This document shows positions 13,545 to 26,595 of a DNA stretch of 64,000 nt, piece after piece. Position numbers and translations under genes: made by a program. Below the pieces are notes generated by a model that saw only the letters and a program-made list of their open reading frames with translations, was not told the origin of the DNA and ran no database searches. Source of the stretch: Glaucostegus cemiculus (taxonomy: Eukaryota); assembly GCA_976551045.1 (NCBI GenBank), contig CDPCPM010000010.1, positions 31,620,001-31,684,000 of the forward strand, given 5' to 3'. Within the stretch, counting starts at the first letter, position 1. Every line of letters begins with the position of its first letter.

Positions 13545-13925
13545 TAAATTGGTTTATTATTGTTACAAGTACCAAAGTACAGTGAAAACTTTGTTTTGCA
13601 CACCACCCCTACAGATCATTTCATTAAAGCAGTGCATTGAGGTAGTACAAGGTAAAACAATAACAGAATGTAGAATAAAGTGTTACAGCTACAGAGAAAA
13701 TGCAGTTCAGGCAGACAATAAGGTGTAAGGACATAACGAGGTAGAGAGTGAGGTTCAGAGTCTATTTAATTGCACTAGGGGACTGTTCAATGGTCTTATA
13801 ACAGCGGGATAGGAAATGTCCTTGAGCCTAGTGGTACGTGGTTTCAGGCTTTTTTATCTTCTGTGCAATGGGAGGGGGAAGAAGAGCAAATATCTGGGGT
13901 GGAAGGGGACTTTGATTATGTTGGC
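13545..13925 (-). mobile_element. Rex1/Babar-type LINE 3-prime remnant
   Basis: Matches 17105-17505 and 41315-41700. Confidence 0.65.
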
Positions 13926-14619
13926 TGATCCCCACAATGTTTTAACTGAGCTCAGAAAACAATGCAATTGTATCCTGCAGCCTTTAATACTTACATTGAA
14001 TTTATTTTCTCTTTCCCAGCACGGGAAAGCGATGTGTGTGAGATGGTGAAATGTTCCTGCACTGAGAACTTGTCTATGTCCCAATGTGAGGAGCAGTTCA
14101 TCTGCCCTTGAAGAAATCTGCTCTGGAAGTCTGTGAACAGAATTACTGTCTCCAGAAAGTTGTTCAGGTGTTGTTTTTCAGAGGAAATTTTAACCTTGTC
14201 CCTGTCTACTCTGTCAAATAGTGGTTCCTTATCCTGGAGGACTATTCCAGGAAGGACCAGTGTGTAGCCTTGCTGTCAGGGTCAACATTGCCTGTGGCCA
14301 ATCTCTGAAACAGATGTTCTGGTCTGATATTTCATCCCTGTTTGTGGATCTTGCTGTGCACTGACTGGCTGCTGGATTACAGCAGTGAGTATATTACTGT
14401 GGTGAAGACCACAAAGGAAAGGCCTGTTCAGACAGTAATTATGCGAGGTTGGTTCTGTAGGGCATGAAGCCAAAGGATTTTGAACTCGTGACAATAAGAC
14501 ATTTGTTCATCTATTGCAAACTACCGATCTGATGCACCTTCCTAGGATGGGGAAGTCTGAGCAGGTGGGACCAGAGGCAGGGATTGGGTCAAACAATTCA
14601 CCCAATGATGATGAGACTC

Positions 14620-15195
14620 AAGTGGGTTTCCGGTGCTCAGTCTGAAGCTGCATGTAATTTCTTACAGGGAATCCACAAAATGAGGCTGAGGTTTCTCTGC
14701 AGCAGTTTGCCTGCTGGTTTGATGTTCGGTTGCTTTGTTATTCTACTTCGGCCTGTTTCCACACGGGGTAAGTGCTTTCTCTCCACCCATCACCACACGT
14801 TGCTTTACTTTATCATTGTCCGTGTGAACTCACACCCCATTGTCACACTCGCTTTCCTCTCCAAGTCCCTGAATGTGCTGCTCCCTCACAAATCCATGCC
14901 ACCGTTGCTGGAGCTCTGGTTCTGTGCCCCTCCAGTCAGGACCCTCCCCTCTTGCTGCACCGACACGGCTCTTACCACAGTCAGGAGTGACATCCCGTGA
15001 GCCTGGTGCAGAGGGAAGCTCTCCCTCCTCACCCTGCCCAGCCTGTCTGCAGCCTCTGACACGGTTGTCCACACCATTCTCCTTCAATACCTCCCCACCG
15101 CAGTGCAGCCGGGTGGAACTGCCCTCGACTCATTGATCCAGTCGCGGCCCCAGAATCACCCGCACTCTCTTCACTTCCCCCTCCCGCACAGTTCC
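14620..15195 (+). repeat. Near-identical duplicate of 49924-50499 (leader exon plus proximal intron)
   Basis: Colinear match with only scattered substitutions, visible also as near-identical ORF-track entries 14584..15000 and 49885..50304. Confidence 0.9.
14680..14767 (+). CDS. Gene A leader (signal peptide) exon
   Basis: cttacag acceptor ending 14667, ATG at 14680, [29 protein letters not shown], donor g|gtaagt, phase 1. Confidence 0.85.
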
Positions 15196-18100
15196 CAGTG
15201 GCACAGCATCATGGCGGTTAGCCCTGCCTCCTCACAGCTCCGGGGACCTGGGTTCGACCACACAATCTCTGTGTGGAGATTGTACGTTAATATGTGTCTC
15301 CACCATGGTGCACTAGCTTCTTCCCAAATCCCAAAGATGTGCGTTGGTGGGTGAATTGGCCACTGTAGGTTGTCCCTAGTGAAGGTAAGTGGCAGGAGAA
15401 TGGTGATGGGGGTGGACCGTGGAGATGGAGGTGAAGGGGACATGAGAGGAAGAGTGGGATTTAGTGCACAAGCCTCCATATCCAACAGATCATTCTCCGC
15501 AACATCCACCACATCCAATGGGATCCTACCACCAGGCACATCATCCCCTCACCCACTCTCTCCACTTTCTTATAGGACTGCTCTCTCCACGACTCCCTTG
15601 TCCACTCATCCCTCCCCACTGATAACCCCACTAGCACTTATGCCTACAACCACAACAAGTGCTACGCCTGTCCCTACACCTCCTCCCTCACCACCATTCA
15701 GGGCCCAAGGCAATTCTTCCAGGTGAGGTAACACTTCACCTGTGAGCCCGAGGGTGTCATTTATTGCACCCGGTGCGGCCTCCTGTACATTGGTGAGACC
15801 CGACGCAGATTGGGTGACTGCTTCGTGGAGCACCTTCGCTCCATCTGCTGCAACAGCCAGGACCTCCCGGTGGCCACCCACTTCAATTCCACATCCTACC
15901 CCCATAGGGACATGTCTATCCACGGCCTCCTCTACTGCCACGTTGAGGCAAGATGCAGGTTGAAGGAACAACACCTCGTATTCCACCTTGGGAGTCTCCC
16001 ACCTGATGGCTTCAAAATCCATTTCTCTAAGTTTCAGTAACCCCACTTTTTCTTTTTCTCCACTCCCCCACTCCTTTGTCTTCCCTTATTCCCATGGCTC
16101 CCTTCCCCCACCTTAATGACCCCTCCCATCTCCTCTACTCCTCCCCTTCCATCTTTATTCCATGGTCCACTGCCCTCTCCTACTGGAATCTTTTTTCTTC
16201 AGCCCTTTGCCTCTTCTACCTATCCCCTCTCCGTTTATTACATGTTCCCCTGCTCCCCCACCCACCTACCTTCCCCCTCTCACCTGGACTCGCCTATCAC
16301 CTGAACTCACCTATCACCTGCCTGCGTGTGCTCATCCCCTTCCCCCCTCCACCTTCTTATTCTGGCTTCTGCCCTTTTCCTTTCCAATCCTGATGAAGGG
16401 TCTCCGCCCGAAACGTCGACTGTTTATTTCCCTCCATGGATGCTGCCTGACCTGCTGAGTTCCTCCAGCACTTTTTGTGCATTGCTCCAGATACCAGCAT
16501 CTGCAGAGTTTCTTGTGCCTCAGGGATTTGGTGCTGATGGTCGGCATGGATGTGTTGCCTGAAGGGTCAGTTTCCACAGCACGGGACTCAATGATTCTCA
16601 TTGAATCTAATCTGCCCTGGGCCTCTCCGATTTCCCATCCTCCTGCACCCCTTCAGCCAAAGATTCGGCATTCCATTTGTTCACTGTCAGCACCAGCTCA
16701 CCATCCCACCACTGCTTCCCTCAGACTTTCCACCGTCTCAACATTTCCTGACTTCATCTCAGACTCCCCACTGTCCAGTGAGCAGGGAATAGGAGAAAGC
16801 CTGAAGCCATTGGGCTGGATCACCCTGGACACTGCCACAGTGCCCAGCAGCCTCACTGATCTGTTCCAATCCTGTGGACTGGACCAGTCCACCCACTGAT
16901 CCCGGGAGGATTCCCGCTAGACAAAACAGGTGACAAGTGCTTCAGTGAATACGTCTTGAGGCCCCATTACCCAGATCTGTGGAATATCTGGGAACGGGAC
17001 CTCAGATGCACACTACAGCCAATGACCTTTGCGCTGTTTTCAAATGCCCTGGGTAATGAAGGTCACATGATACAGTGGTTTCTCAGTGTGTATCAGCACA
17101 GCACTGTATTGGTATTGGTATTGGTGTTGGTTTATTACTGACACTTGTACCAAGGTACAGTGAAAAACTTGTCTTGCGTACCGATCGTACAGGTCAATTC
17201 ATTACACAGTGCAGTTACGTTGGGTTAGTACAGAGTGCATTGATGTATTACAGGTAAAAACAATAACAGTACAGAGTAAAGTGTCACAGCTACAGAGAAA
17301 GTGCAGTACAATAAGATGTAAGGTCACAAGGTAGATTGTGAGGTTAGAGTCCATCTCATCGTATAAGGGAACCATTCAACAGTATCACAGTGGGGTAGAA
17401 GCTGTCCTTAAGTCAGGTGGTATGTACCCTCAGGCTCCTGTATCTTCTACCTGATGGAAGAAGAGAGAAGAGAGAATGACCTGGGTGGGTGGGGTCTTTG
17501 ATTATGAACTTTCTCTGGACTGAATTCCTCAAGGGGGCAGGTCTTTCCAGCTTCTGTGGGAGGGAATGACACTTTGTTTTGCTCTCTGTTCTTGCCTGAT
17601 TTTGGAGAACTGACAACATCCAATGAATTGGGCAAGACCCTGGGGGGAGTGGGGAGGAGGGGGTGCAGTGGGAGGCACTGCCCTGTTTTTTGAGCAGAAA
17701 ATGAGTGTACAAGGACTGTATTCAGTTTTAGGTGATTATTGTGATGACTGTATTAGGCCGGATTATTCCAGACAGGCAGCTCTTCACGGGCTGTGTCTGC
17801 ATCACTGAAGGTTCTGTAGAATGTCAAAAATGACTGGAAGTCGAGAAATAATTACTTTATACGTGATGAAGGAACTGCATTTTAAGTATTAATTTTTACT
17901 TTGTTTCTCCTTCCAACAGGAAGCATAAATCGAATTTATTTCTTGGAAAATGGGGGTGATATTCTATTAAAGGGACCAGACAATCCTGGGAATGGCCCTC
18001 TTGTCTTGGAATGGAGACCACACTCAGGGCAGCAAGCCCATGTGCTGATGATTTTCCACAGAACATCGGCGGGCAACTGGAGCAGACGTAGGAACAGGCA

Positions 18101-19029
18101 TTATGTAAACCTCTATGTCCTGCAGGAGATACGTGGGGATCCGAACACCCTTAACCTGAGAATTAGGAATCCCACATTTAAACTCGCAGGATCATTCACT
18201 TTAATTCAAACACAGCCAAGGAAGCAGATCTTGCAACAGCACGAGATTTTCGGGATCAAAAGTGAGTCATGAATGAGCATTTCTGTAATTCAATTGGGAT
18301 TGTGGGGATCAGATTCCACCTGTACAGTGTGACCCTACTGCGGTATAGTTGTGGTCCAGTGGTGGTTAAGTTTCTGCATGAATAAACCTTGACATAGATT
18401 AAAAAATCTAGGGATTCAAGTTCAAGTGGAAATTTGGGATTTAAATTCAGTCAGTAATCTGCAATTAAAACTGAAACAGTTTATCTTAGTGATGATGGCC
18501 ACAATGCTGCTGGATTGTTATTAAAAACTCTCCGGTTCACTGAAGTTTGTCAAGGGGTGAAATCTGCCATCCTCAATTGGTCCGGCTGATGGGTCACTCT
18601 GGACACACAACGATGTGGTGACTGTTGAAAAGGCCCTGCAAGTCATTCTGGATAATGAGGGAAGGGAACCAGATTCTGTCCTTGCAAGTGGCATCCCCTT
18701 CCTGATAAAAAACCCTTTTTCAATACCAAGGGCAAGGTCTTTGTTCATTGCTTCTAAAATGGTCAACATGAGTAAAAATAGTTAATAATCTCACCGAGGC
18801 ATCTGCTACATGGAGAGTATTATGGTCTACTCACCAACACACTATATAGGATGGTGTTGTGTGAAATGGTTCTTTCACGGTCTGAAGGATCAAGGACTCT
18901 AAACACCAGTTTTATAGAGCAAAACCAATGTAATCACAAAGTCAAACACAGGGACAGAGTGAATGGGAACAGACACACTCACACAGGATACCACGGAAGT
19001 GAGAGAGGGATCACAACTGGGGTAGAATA

Positions 19030-19105
<76 letters not shown>

Positions 19106-22100
19106 TACACACAAGCATTGAATAACAATATACAACTTCAGGTTATAACACTTCAATGCTGGCCCACCCTAGTGTTGGCTCTAAAGACTACCCAGAGTCT
19201 GAGTAGAACGCTCCCTGACCATGTGGTGATGCACTCTTACCAATGATCTCTGCAGTATGGTCTCACTACTTCTGGGGTTGTCAAAGAGACTGGACTATGG
19301 GGATCAGCCCTTTTTATGGGGCTGGAAGGCTGGGTGGAGCCTTACTGTTATGATTTGAAGGAGCCAATAGTGGGGAGGTCTAGGACAAGGGCCTCTGCTG
19401 CAGCCAATGGTCAAACAAGTTCAGAGACAAAAGGACTGGTCAGACAGGTCCAGAGTCAAGAGACACTCTCACACCTGAGGGATGGGTGGAGCTGCACCTT
19501 GATTGATGGTAATATGACTTCCAGTTAATAAAGCAATGCTGTCCTCTGGTCAGTGGGGGTCAGTGTCATTACTGTCATGTGACAGCCATGTTGCTTTCTC
19601 ACAACAGATGATTTGAATCTTGCTGTGAAGACCTGCCGTAATAAGCCTCAGCATTAACTTTCTTGGACTTTGCCTGGGGGTTAACAACTTGAGAACATCT
19701 GGGGGACACCTAGCAGTGAGAAACATGGATACCTTTTCTGAATCAGTAAAAATAGTAAAAATATTTCAGAGTCACCGGGCTGAACCTTGCAGGTTCCACC
19801 AGCAGTCACCGGGCGTTCAGCCAGCATTCCCCTGCGTGAATTCCACCCACCGTTTCTGAACACAGAATTCATGAACTTGCTGACCGCTGCACCAGTAAAT
19901 ATGCCAGAACTCCCCGTCGCTGCACTCCGCATCCTTGCCTTCGCAGACCGTGGCAGAGGATTTTAAAAATTGTGACTTTATGTTGGGGACAAATTGTGAC
20001 AATTTGGGGAATTGTGCACGTTTCTGGTTGCTGCACCATAGGAAGGGTGGGGATGCACTGGAGAAAGTGCAAAGAAAGTTCACCAGGATGTGAAAGAAAT
20101 TTAGTTATGGAGGGGTTGGACTTTCAGAAGGCTGAGGAGTAACCAGATCATGGTGCATAAAACAATAAGAGGCATAGATATGGTAGATATCAGAATCTTC
20201 TTCCCATGCTAGGGCTGTCAAAACCAAGAAGGCATAAAGGGAGAGGTATTGAGGGGATTTTAACACAGAGAGTGGCTGATATCTAGAACTGGCTACCAGG
20301 GGTAGTGGTGGAACCAAACACAGCCGTTACATTTAAGAAACATTTAGACAGGCACTTCGATAGGCAAGGCACAGAAGGACATGGACCTAAGGGGGCAAAT
20401 GGGATCAGTGCAGAGAGGTAGAAGGTTGGCATGGACATGATGGGCCGAAAGGCTCTATTCTGTGCTGAACAACTCCATGACTTTGCCACTCTAATTCCCG
20501 GCACTGACAGCGGGAAAACTGCTGGCGGATCCAGCATCCGGCTGGAACTGGTGCAGGATCCTTGAGGTCTCTCATTTCACTGGAGAATGTGCAGGCATGA
20601 GACAGGAACGACAGAATAAGAGAAGTCTCACGATTCTGTTCGTTTCTTTGCTGCGCCGACTTTAATCATTTAAAGCATTGTCAATTATTTTTATTTGTTA
20701 CGAAATTTAGAAAACATGCATTTATTATGTTTTTAATAGATTTGGATACCTGAAAATCAGGGACATTCAGAACAATTCCAAGAGTTTGACAAATTTAACA
20801 GAGAGAAAATTTAGGGCTGTGGCTTTGCCTCTGTCAGATGATTTCTCATTTGGTTTGTGGGCCAGGCTCGTTCATTTCCGCCCGTGAGACCAGAAAACAT
20901 CAGACGATAACATCAGACGAGGACTCTGTGTGACACAGCGCCGCCTAATCAGCTCCGGGGTGCTCTTGGTCTGTATTCAGCCTAATGCATTTGAGCGCAA
21001 CTGAGTGCAGGACCCTGGGGAATCCGGGCGGCGCCTCCCTCAGCACAACCCGAGCCGAGGCGGTCTGAAGACTAGGGAGGAGGCTAAACAGTGACACCCA
21101 CTGGACCGGTGGGTACAGCTGGGTCCTGAAGTGCGACCCTGGCCGAACCACAGTCCTGACTGTACTGGCCCTGGACTATTGCTCCGGAGGTGTAATTGCA
21201 CCAGAGCTCAACAGAAAGTCAATCACTGTCTGGAACTGTCTGTAATGTCACGGATCCCGCACCAGTTCCGACGGGGACAATTACAGTCTGGAGTTTGATT
21301 ATTTCTTGCCGTGTTTCGGGAGGGACTGAAAGTCAGGGCGGGCATTTGGAGAACCGGCCTCTCCTGAAGATCCGTTCCTCATGGAGGCTCAATGATCGGA
21401 GCCCTGCTCAGGTGCATTTTGGCAGCTTAGGAAGTTAAATAACACCTGGGACTGTTATGATCTCACTCCGAATCTCATTGGTCTGTTTCTCACAGTTGAG
21501 GCGAGTCCACAGCGGCCTGCGGTGGGCAGCGACGTCACCCTCAGCTGTACCATCTCCAGACTCCCAGATACAGTCAGTCTTCAGTGGGAACCAAAGGACT
21601 CGTCCCAGCAGAACAGGAGGAACACTGATCAGATCTGTCTGAATAACACGGTCTATCTGATAGTCCGAGGCGTTACAGTGGAGGATGGGAAGTCGTATGT
21701 GTGTCAAGTGCGGGAAAACGGAGGCATTGTTCACACAAGTAAAGCAGATTTTGTTGTAAGCAATGGTAAGTGTCAATAACTGACATTAGGTATTAAAGAG
21801 GCACTTGTGTCATTGGTGGTTCACATAATAGTGCTTTGGGTGAACAGGGCGTACCGGGGCAATTTTCCACATGGTTTCATAGATGCCGGTGTTGTACTCG
21901 GGCAGCTTGTCTGGAGGTGCAGGTAGCTCTGAAACAGAGATCTTCAGTGCACAGCTGGGATGTTGTCTGATCCCATTACCTTTGTTATATACATTCTCGG
22001 GCAACTGTTGCTATCAAGATACTGGAGGATAGTTTATAAGTTAAACTAGAGATTAAAAAGGACTGATGATGCTGGAATCGAGATGAAAAAGCATCTTCAG

Positions 22101-23212
22101 TCAAAGAAGGGTCTTAACCCGAAGCGTTGACCGTCTGATTTTCTCCACGGATGCTGCCTGACCTGCTGAGTTCCTCCAGCACCTTGCTTTTTTGTAAGTT
22201 AAACTAACCAAGTTCTTTATCTAATAAAGGACCTGAGACAATTACTTCTGTACCATGCGCCTATCACACCGAGACGAGCAGGCAGCAACTCCGCAGGGGC
22301 TTGTAGCCTGTGACCAACTGCTCTGGTGTATAAATCACAGCGATGTCTGGAGAGATGCTTCCGGAAAGTCCGTCCGTAGAGCTGTTGTCTGTCCCCGTCT
22401 ATCATTCACCTGCTACTGATTTCCAACCCCACCCGCGCTCCCCTCGCCTACCTGCCTCCACCTGCCTGTCATCTACAGCCCTCCTCATTCCACTAATCGC
22501 CTCGGACTCCTTTCCCGCCTCTCCCTTTCTCTTCTCTGTACCAGCCACCTCTCCCCTCTCCACTCCCAGTCCTGATGCAGGGGTTCGACCCGAAACGTGG
22601 ACAGTTCCTTTCCTCCCACATATGCTGTTGTCCAGCTGAGGTCTTCCAGCAGATTGTTTGTCATTCAGGGCGATGATCCCAGTATCACAGCACCTGAGTT
22701 CCTGGACTGACAGTGGAGTCCGTTCACATCCGTTGCTACTTGGTGGGTGCATGGGGGTCCTGACATTTCAGGTCTCCGACTGCAAATTGGGGAGTGAAAG
22801 CTGCCTATCTGTGACTTGTTTTATTGTGTGATGGACATTACACATCAACTACCATATGGGTGTGACAGAGTGAGGATAAGGGGGTCCAAGGTGACCGGAG
22901 ACTAATCTCTGCTGCGTGGACGTTAACTCTCCCTCTCACACAGAGACACAGACACAGACACACACCCACACAGGTTCTCACATACAGGCGCTCAGACACA
23001 TACACACACTAGCACACCCTCACACACACAGACGCTCACACACACACATACACGCACACTCACAGGCTTCACACACACGCACACACACACACACACACAC
23101 ACACGCTGACACACACATACACGCACACGCTGACACACACGCGCGCTCACACACAAACACCCACATACACACGGACACATACATACACAGACTCGCACAC
23201 ACGTACATACAG

Positions 23213-23266
<54 letters not shown>

Positions 23267-26200
23267 AAGGTTCACCGGAACTCACCTATCCCCTGCCTGT
23301 GTGTGTTCCTCCTCTCCCCCACCTCCTTATTCTGGCTTCTGCCCTCTTCCTTTCCAGTCCTGATGAAGGGTCTCAGCCCGAAACGTCGACTGTTTATTTC
23401 CGTCCATAGATGCTGTCTGACCTCCATTGCTCCAGATTCCAGCATCTGCAGAACTTCTTGTGACTCCGTAAGGTTTGATAGCTCTGTTTGGGGTTGTTTC
23501 AGGAGGAGCATCACCTGAGGTGCTGTGCCGACGTCTGATTTAAAAAATATATATATCACGAGATTAAACCGTGTTGACGACCAACCTCCGATTAACAACC
23601 CTGGCCGAGCCGAGAGGAACCCCGACTAATTTTTCAGCGTGAATTAGGCATTGGATGCTGCTATAAATTCCGGCCTCGCCTGCGGCGAGGGTCGTCTCTC
23701 TCCCCTGTCCTCACGCCGCTCCTCCACCTGTGAATTTCTGTTACATCTCCCCCTCCTCACCTTCAACCCCAGCCGGGGGGAGGAGGGGATGATCTCTGCA
23801 CGGACCCCACCACACCACGGCACTGGCGCCTGCAAAGATCTGAACCCCTCAAATTCACCGACGTGGGCGGTTCAGTCCCCATACAGACAACCACTGGGCT
23901 GGTCACATCCGTGGTCTGAACGGCACTGACTCTCGCACCCTAACAGACAGATTCATCTCCCGGGCCGCGCTGGGCAGCCCCCGGGAGGTTTGATTTCATT
24001 CTGGGACATTCCAGGACTATCCGGAAGGGTTGACAACCCGAATGGGAACACACAGAAAATAAATCAACCTAATTAAACCCAAAAGATGTTATTTTTATAA
24101 ATATCTGATGTGGTTCGGTGTGGAATTCATACAAGATGTCATATTTTGAAATTTGATCAGCTGAAGAAAACTCAAAGAATGTTGATATTAATGTGTTTAA
24201 GATTTTTTGGCTCTTTTCTGTAACACGGCAAGTATAAAATTCTAGCATGTTCTTCCCTATCTCTCTGACACAGATTTATATCAACAGAGCTACACACTTT
24301 ATCGCTCGGGCACAGATCACAGCGAGCTTCACCTGATTTGTTTCCACATATATAATGTCTCGTACTTTAATGCTGCTTGGACCTGGCGTTCACATCACCT
24401 TCAAGAAAAGGAGAAGAAAGTGGCATCTGTAACATACTCACAGCCCATCAGTGTCAACAGGGCCGAGTTCGGGAATCGGCTGGTGACCTCAGTGAAACGC
24501 TTTAACGGCAAGGATTTCAGTGTGAGGATTGTCCCTGTGCTGTTCGAAGATGCCGGTGATTACTCGTGTTATCTGGGATCAAATCTATATCTGAACATTA
24601 CACTTATCACAGTTAAAGGTAGGTTGTTAAAGGACAATTAAAGACACAGATAGAGGACAGAAGGCTGTTGTCATTTTCAGTGGTAAAATCATTGTGTGAA
24701 ATGAAATGATTTTCTTGCTTCCACAGTCACAGCTGAGCCACCTGATGCAGTGACTGAGGGAGACACCGTCACCCTGACCTGCTCTGTGTCCGACGTCACT
24801 GAACCAATGAGACTGGTTTGGATCAATGGTGATGGCGAAATCGTGGGAGAAAAAATATTCAACGAACAAAGTCAGGAAAAGAAATCTTTCCAGCTGATTG
24901 TCCCGAAAACTGATGGTGTCCGGGGGAAATGGACGTGCTGTTTCCTTCATTACAACATTCCAAGATTTTTCATCTCACATTCCCTAAAGAACAGTAAGTG
25001 TCTCTCTTTTGCTTCTTCTCGCCTCCATCGAAAGTTACTTTCACTGTCTCGTCTCTCACTGGGATGACCTCCTGGCTTCAGGGACTCAGCATTGACGCTC
25101 AGTAGAGATCCTGAGTGCGGGTCGATCTTTATACCAGAGACAACCATTCATTCCTCGCACCGCAGTTCACATCACGTTACCAACAAGTTCCATATTTAGA
25201 AGGGTTCAGACCACAGTTTGGAAGCACACGGAATATTGCTCAGTGAAATTAACCACTCCTGACTCGGACACGCGGGGGTTAACTTTGAGTGTGGGTGACA
25301 ATGCCTTGTGACTGATAGCAGATCAGCCACCCATTTTGCATCTCTCCTGATTTGAGTTCAGAGTCAAATTTGAGCTCAGAGTAGTTCTGGCCTGGATTCT
25401 GCGGTACCGCTTGCCAGACGGCAGTGGGACAAATAGGTCGTGGGAGGGATGAGAAGGGTCGTCTATAATTCGATAAACCTTACCTGTGCAGGCACGTGTA
25501 AGGCCATCACAGGAACGGTAACATATTGGTTAGCACAATGCTTTCCAGCGCCAGCAACCCGGGTTCAATTCCGGCCACTGTCTGTAAGGAGTTCGTACGT
25601 TCTCCCCGTGTCTGTGTGGGTTTCCTCCGGGTGCTCCGGTTTCCTCCCAGATTCCAAAGACGTACGGGTTAGGAAGTTATGGGCATGCTATGCTGGCGAC
25701 GGAAGCGTGGCGACTCTTGCAGGCTGGCCCCTCCCCCCCCCCCCCCCCCGCGCCCATAAATCACTACGCAAAAGAAGTATTTCACTGCTTGTTTAGATGT
25801 ACATGTGACTAACAGAGATCTTATCTATTGCTACAGCCAGAACGACTGCAGGGATGGAGGGAAGGGTGGAGAAACCATTGCCGGTCATTTCAGAACATTT
25901 CCACCCAGTTCCATGGTGTGTGGGGTGGGAGGAGGGAGCCTTGACCGCCAACAACAGGGTCCTGAGCCGTGGGGTTGCGGCCACTAATTACATCAGTAAA
26001 TTGTGTTCCAAGCATGGAGAGAAAGTTAAAGACAAAAGACTAGAGACAACGTGACAGGTCAGTTTCAGAGGTCTGCTCCAAATTGCATCTGATATTCCTG
26101 ACCATGTCCAATGCCATGGGAGACTGGTCGGCAGAGTGTCCTGAGAAGGTCGTCAACCTGCTGCTCCGGGTTCCTGACATGCACTGAAGATGTGATAGTT

Positions 26201-26595
26201 GGTAGGTTAATTGTCTGTGAAGTGATCCTTGGAGGTGGGAGGCAGGAGAATCAGGTTTTCGTTGATGGGTAGATGAGAGGGAACAGGTTACAGGGATATA
26301 AACGGGGCAATGGGAATTAATGGGATTGTTCAGAGAGGCGTCGGAACTCCACGGAGTGTGTGAATGGCCTCCCATGTTGTAAGTAAATTGGAGAAAAGAT
26401 GGGAGGAAGAAACAGATGAAAATGTGAAAAATGTCCAGTTATTAAACAGGACGGAGAGCCCAGCTGAAAATACCAAATTTGTCTTTCACAGTGAGAACAT
26501 TTTCGGACATCTGGATCATCGCACTTCCGGGATACTTGTTGGTTAAACTGGCCGTTGCTCTGGGACTAACTTGCTATTCGTTGGGAATGAACTGA
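14680..26595 (+). CDS. Gene A: complete 6-coding-exon IgSF receptor (leader-V-C2-V-C2-TM with Lys, minimal tail), 471 aa, CD4/LAG-3/G6F-like architecture
   Basis: Exons 14680-14767, 17920-18261, 21496-21765, 24274-24618, 24727-24993, 26492-26595. All introns GT-AG and phase 1; joined length 1416 nt = 471 aa + TGA with no internal stop. Confidence 0.85.
15478..16515 (+). mobile_element. Penelope-like element 3-prime part (GIY-YIG endonuclease)
   Basis: [21 protein letters not shown]...PVATHFNS...[11 protein letters not shown]; terminal cctgatgaagggtct...gaaacgtcgac...ctgacctgctgagttcctccagca motif. Confidence 0.85.
17105..17505 (-). mobile_element. Rex1/Babar-type LINE 3-prime end
   Basis: [26 protein letters not shown] on the minus strand; ccaata-like tail repeats. 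Confidence 0.75.
17920..18261 (+). CDS. Gene A D1, V-like Ig domain without cysteines
   Basis: ttccaacag|GA acceptor, a|gtgagt donor; [34 protein letters not shown]...[22 protein letters not shown]...EIFGIK; three paralogous exons in the window. Confidence 0.88.
19031..19101. repeat. (CA)n microsatellite
   Basis: Perfect AC run of about 70 bp. Confidence 0.97.
21496..21765 (+). CDS. Gene A D2, C2-type Ig domain
   Basis: cacag|TT acceptor, g|gtaagt donor; GSDVTLSC...LQW...EDGKSYVC (B-strand Cys, C-strand Trp, F-strand Cys). Confidence 0.92.
22935..23263. repeat. Compound/imperfect (CA)n microsatellite
   Basis: Degenerate CA-rich tract ending in a perfect run. Confidence 0.95.
24274..24618 (+). 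CDS. Gene A D3, V-set Ig domain
   Basis: cacag|AT acceptor, g|gtaggt donor; [23 protein letters not shown]...WTW...FGNRL...[19 protein letters not shown] (canonical DxGxYxC). Confidence 0.93.
24727..24993 (+). CDS. Gene A D4, C2-type Ig domain with WxC F-strand
   Basis: ccacag|TC acceptor after a 108-bp intron, a|gtaagt donor; EGDTVTLTC...LVW...GKWTCC. Confidence 0.92.
25510..25825 (+). mobile_element. V-SINE
   Basis: B box ggttcaattcc; V-domain gggtttcctccgggtgctccggtttcctccc. Confidence 0.8.
26492..26595 (+). CDS. Gene A transmembrane/terminal exon
   Basis: gtctttcacag|TG acceptor in the required phase 1; translates [34 protein letters not shown]-stop. Too short for the ORF track; read manually. 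Confidence 0.78.

Noticed and set aside
18899-19156. CVCVCV ORF and possible LTR around it
   Set aside because: ORF is a microsatellite artefact; I could not find matching termini with a TSD for an LTR call.
22916-23518. 200-aa His/Thr-rich ORF and antisense Cys/Val-rich ORFs
   Set aside because: Translation of a (CA)n microsatellite plus a Penelope terminal fragment.
14680-26595. Naming gene A (or B/C) CD4 or LAG3
   Set aside because: Architecture is similar, but there is no CxC/CxH or FxxL tail, D1 is Cys-less and unsplit, the genes are multi-copy, and no synteny is visible; symbol withheld.
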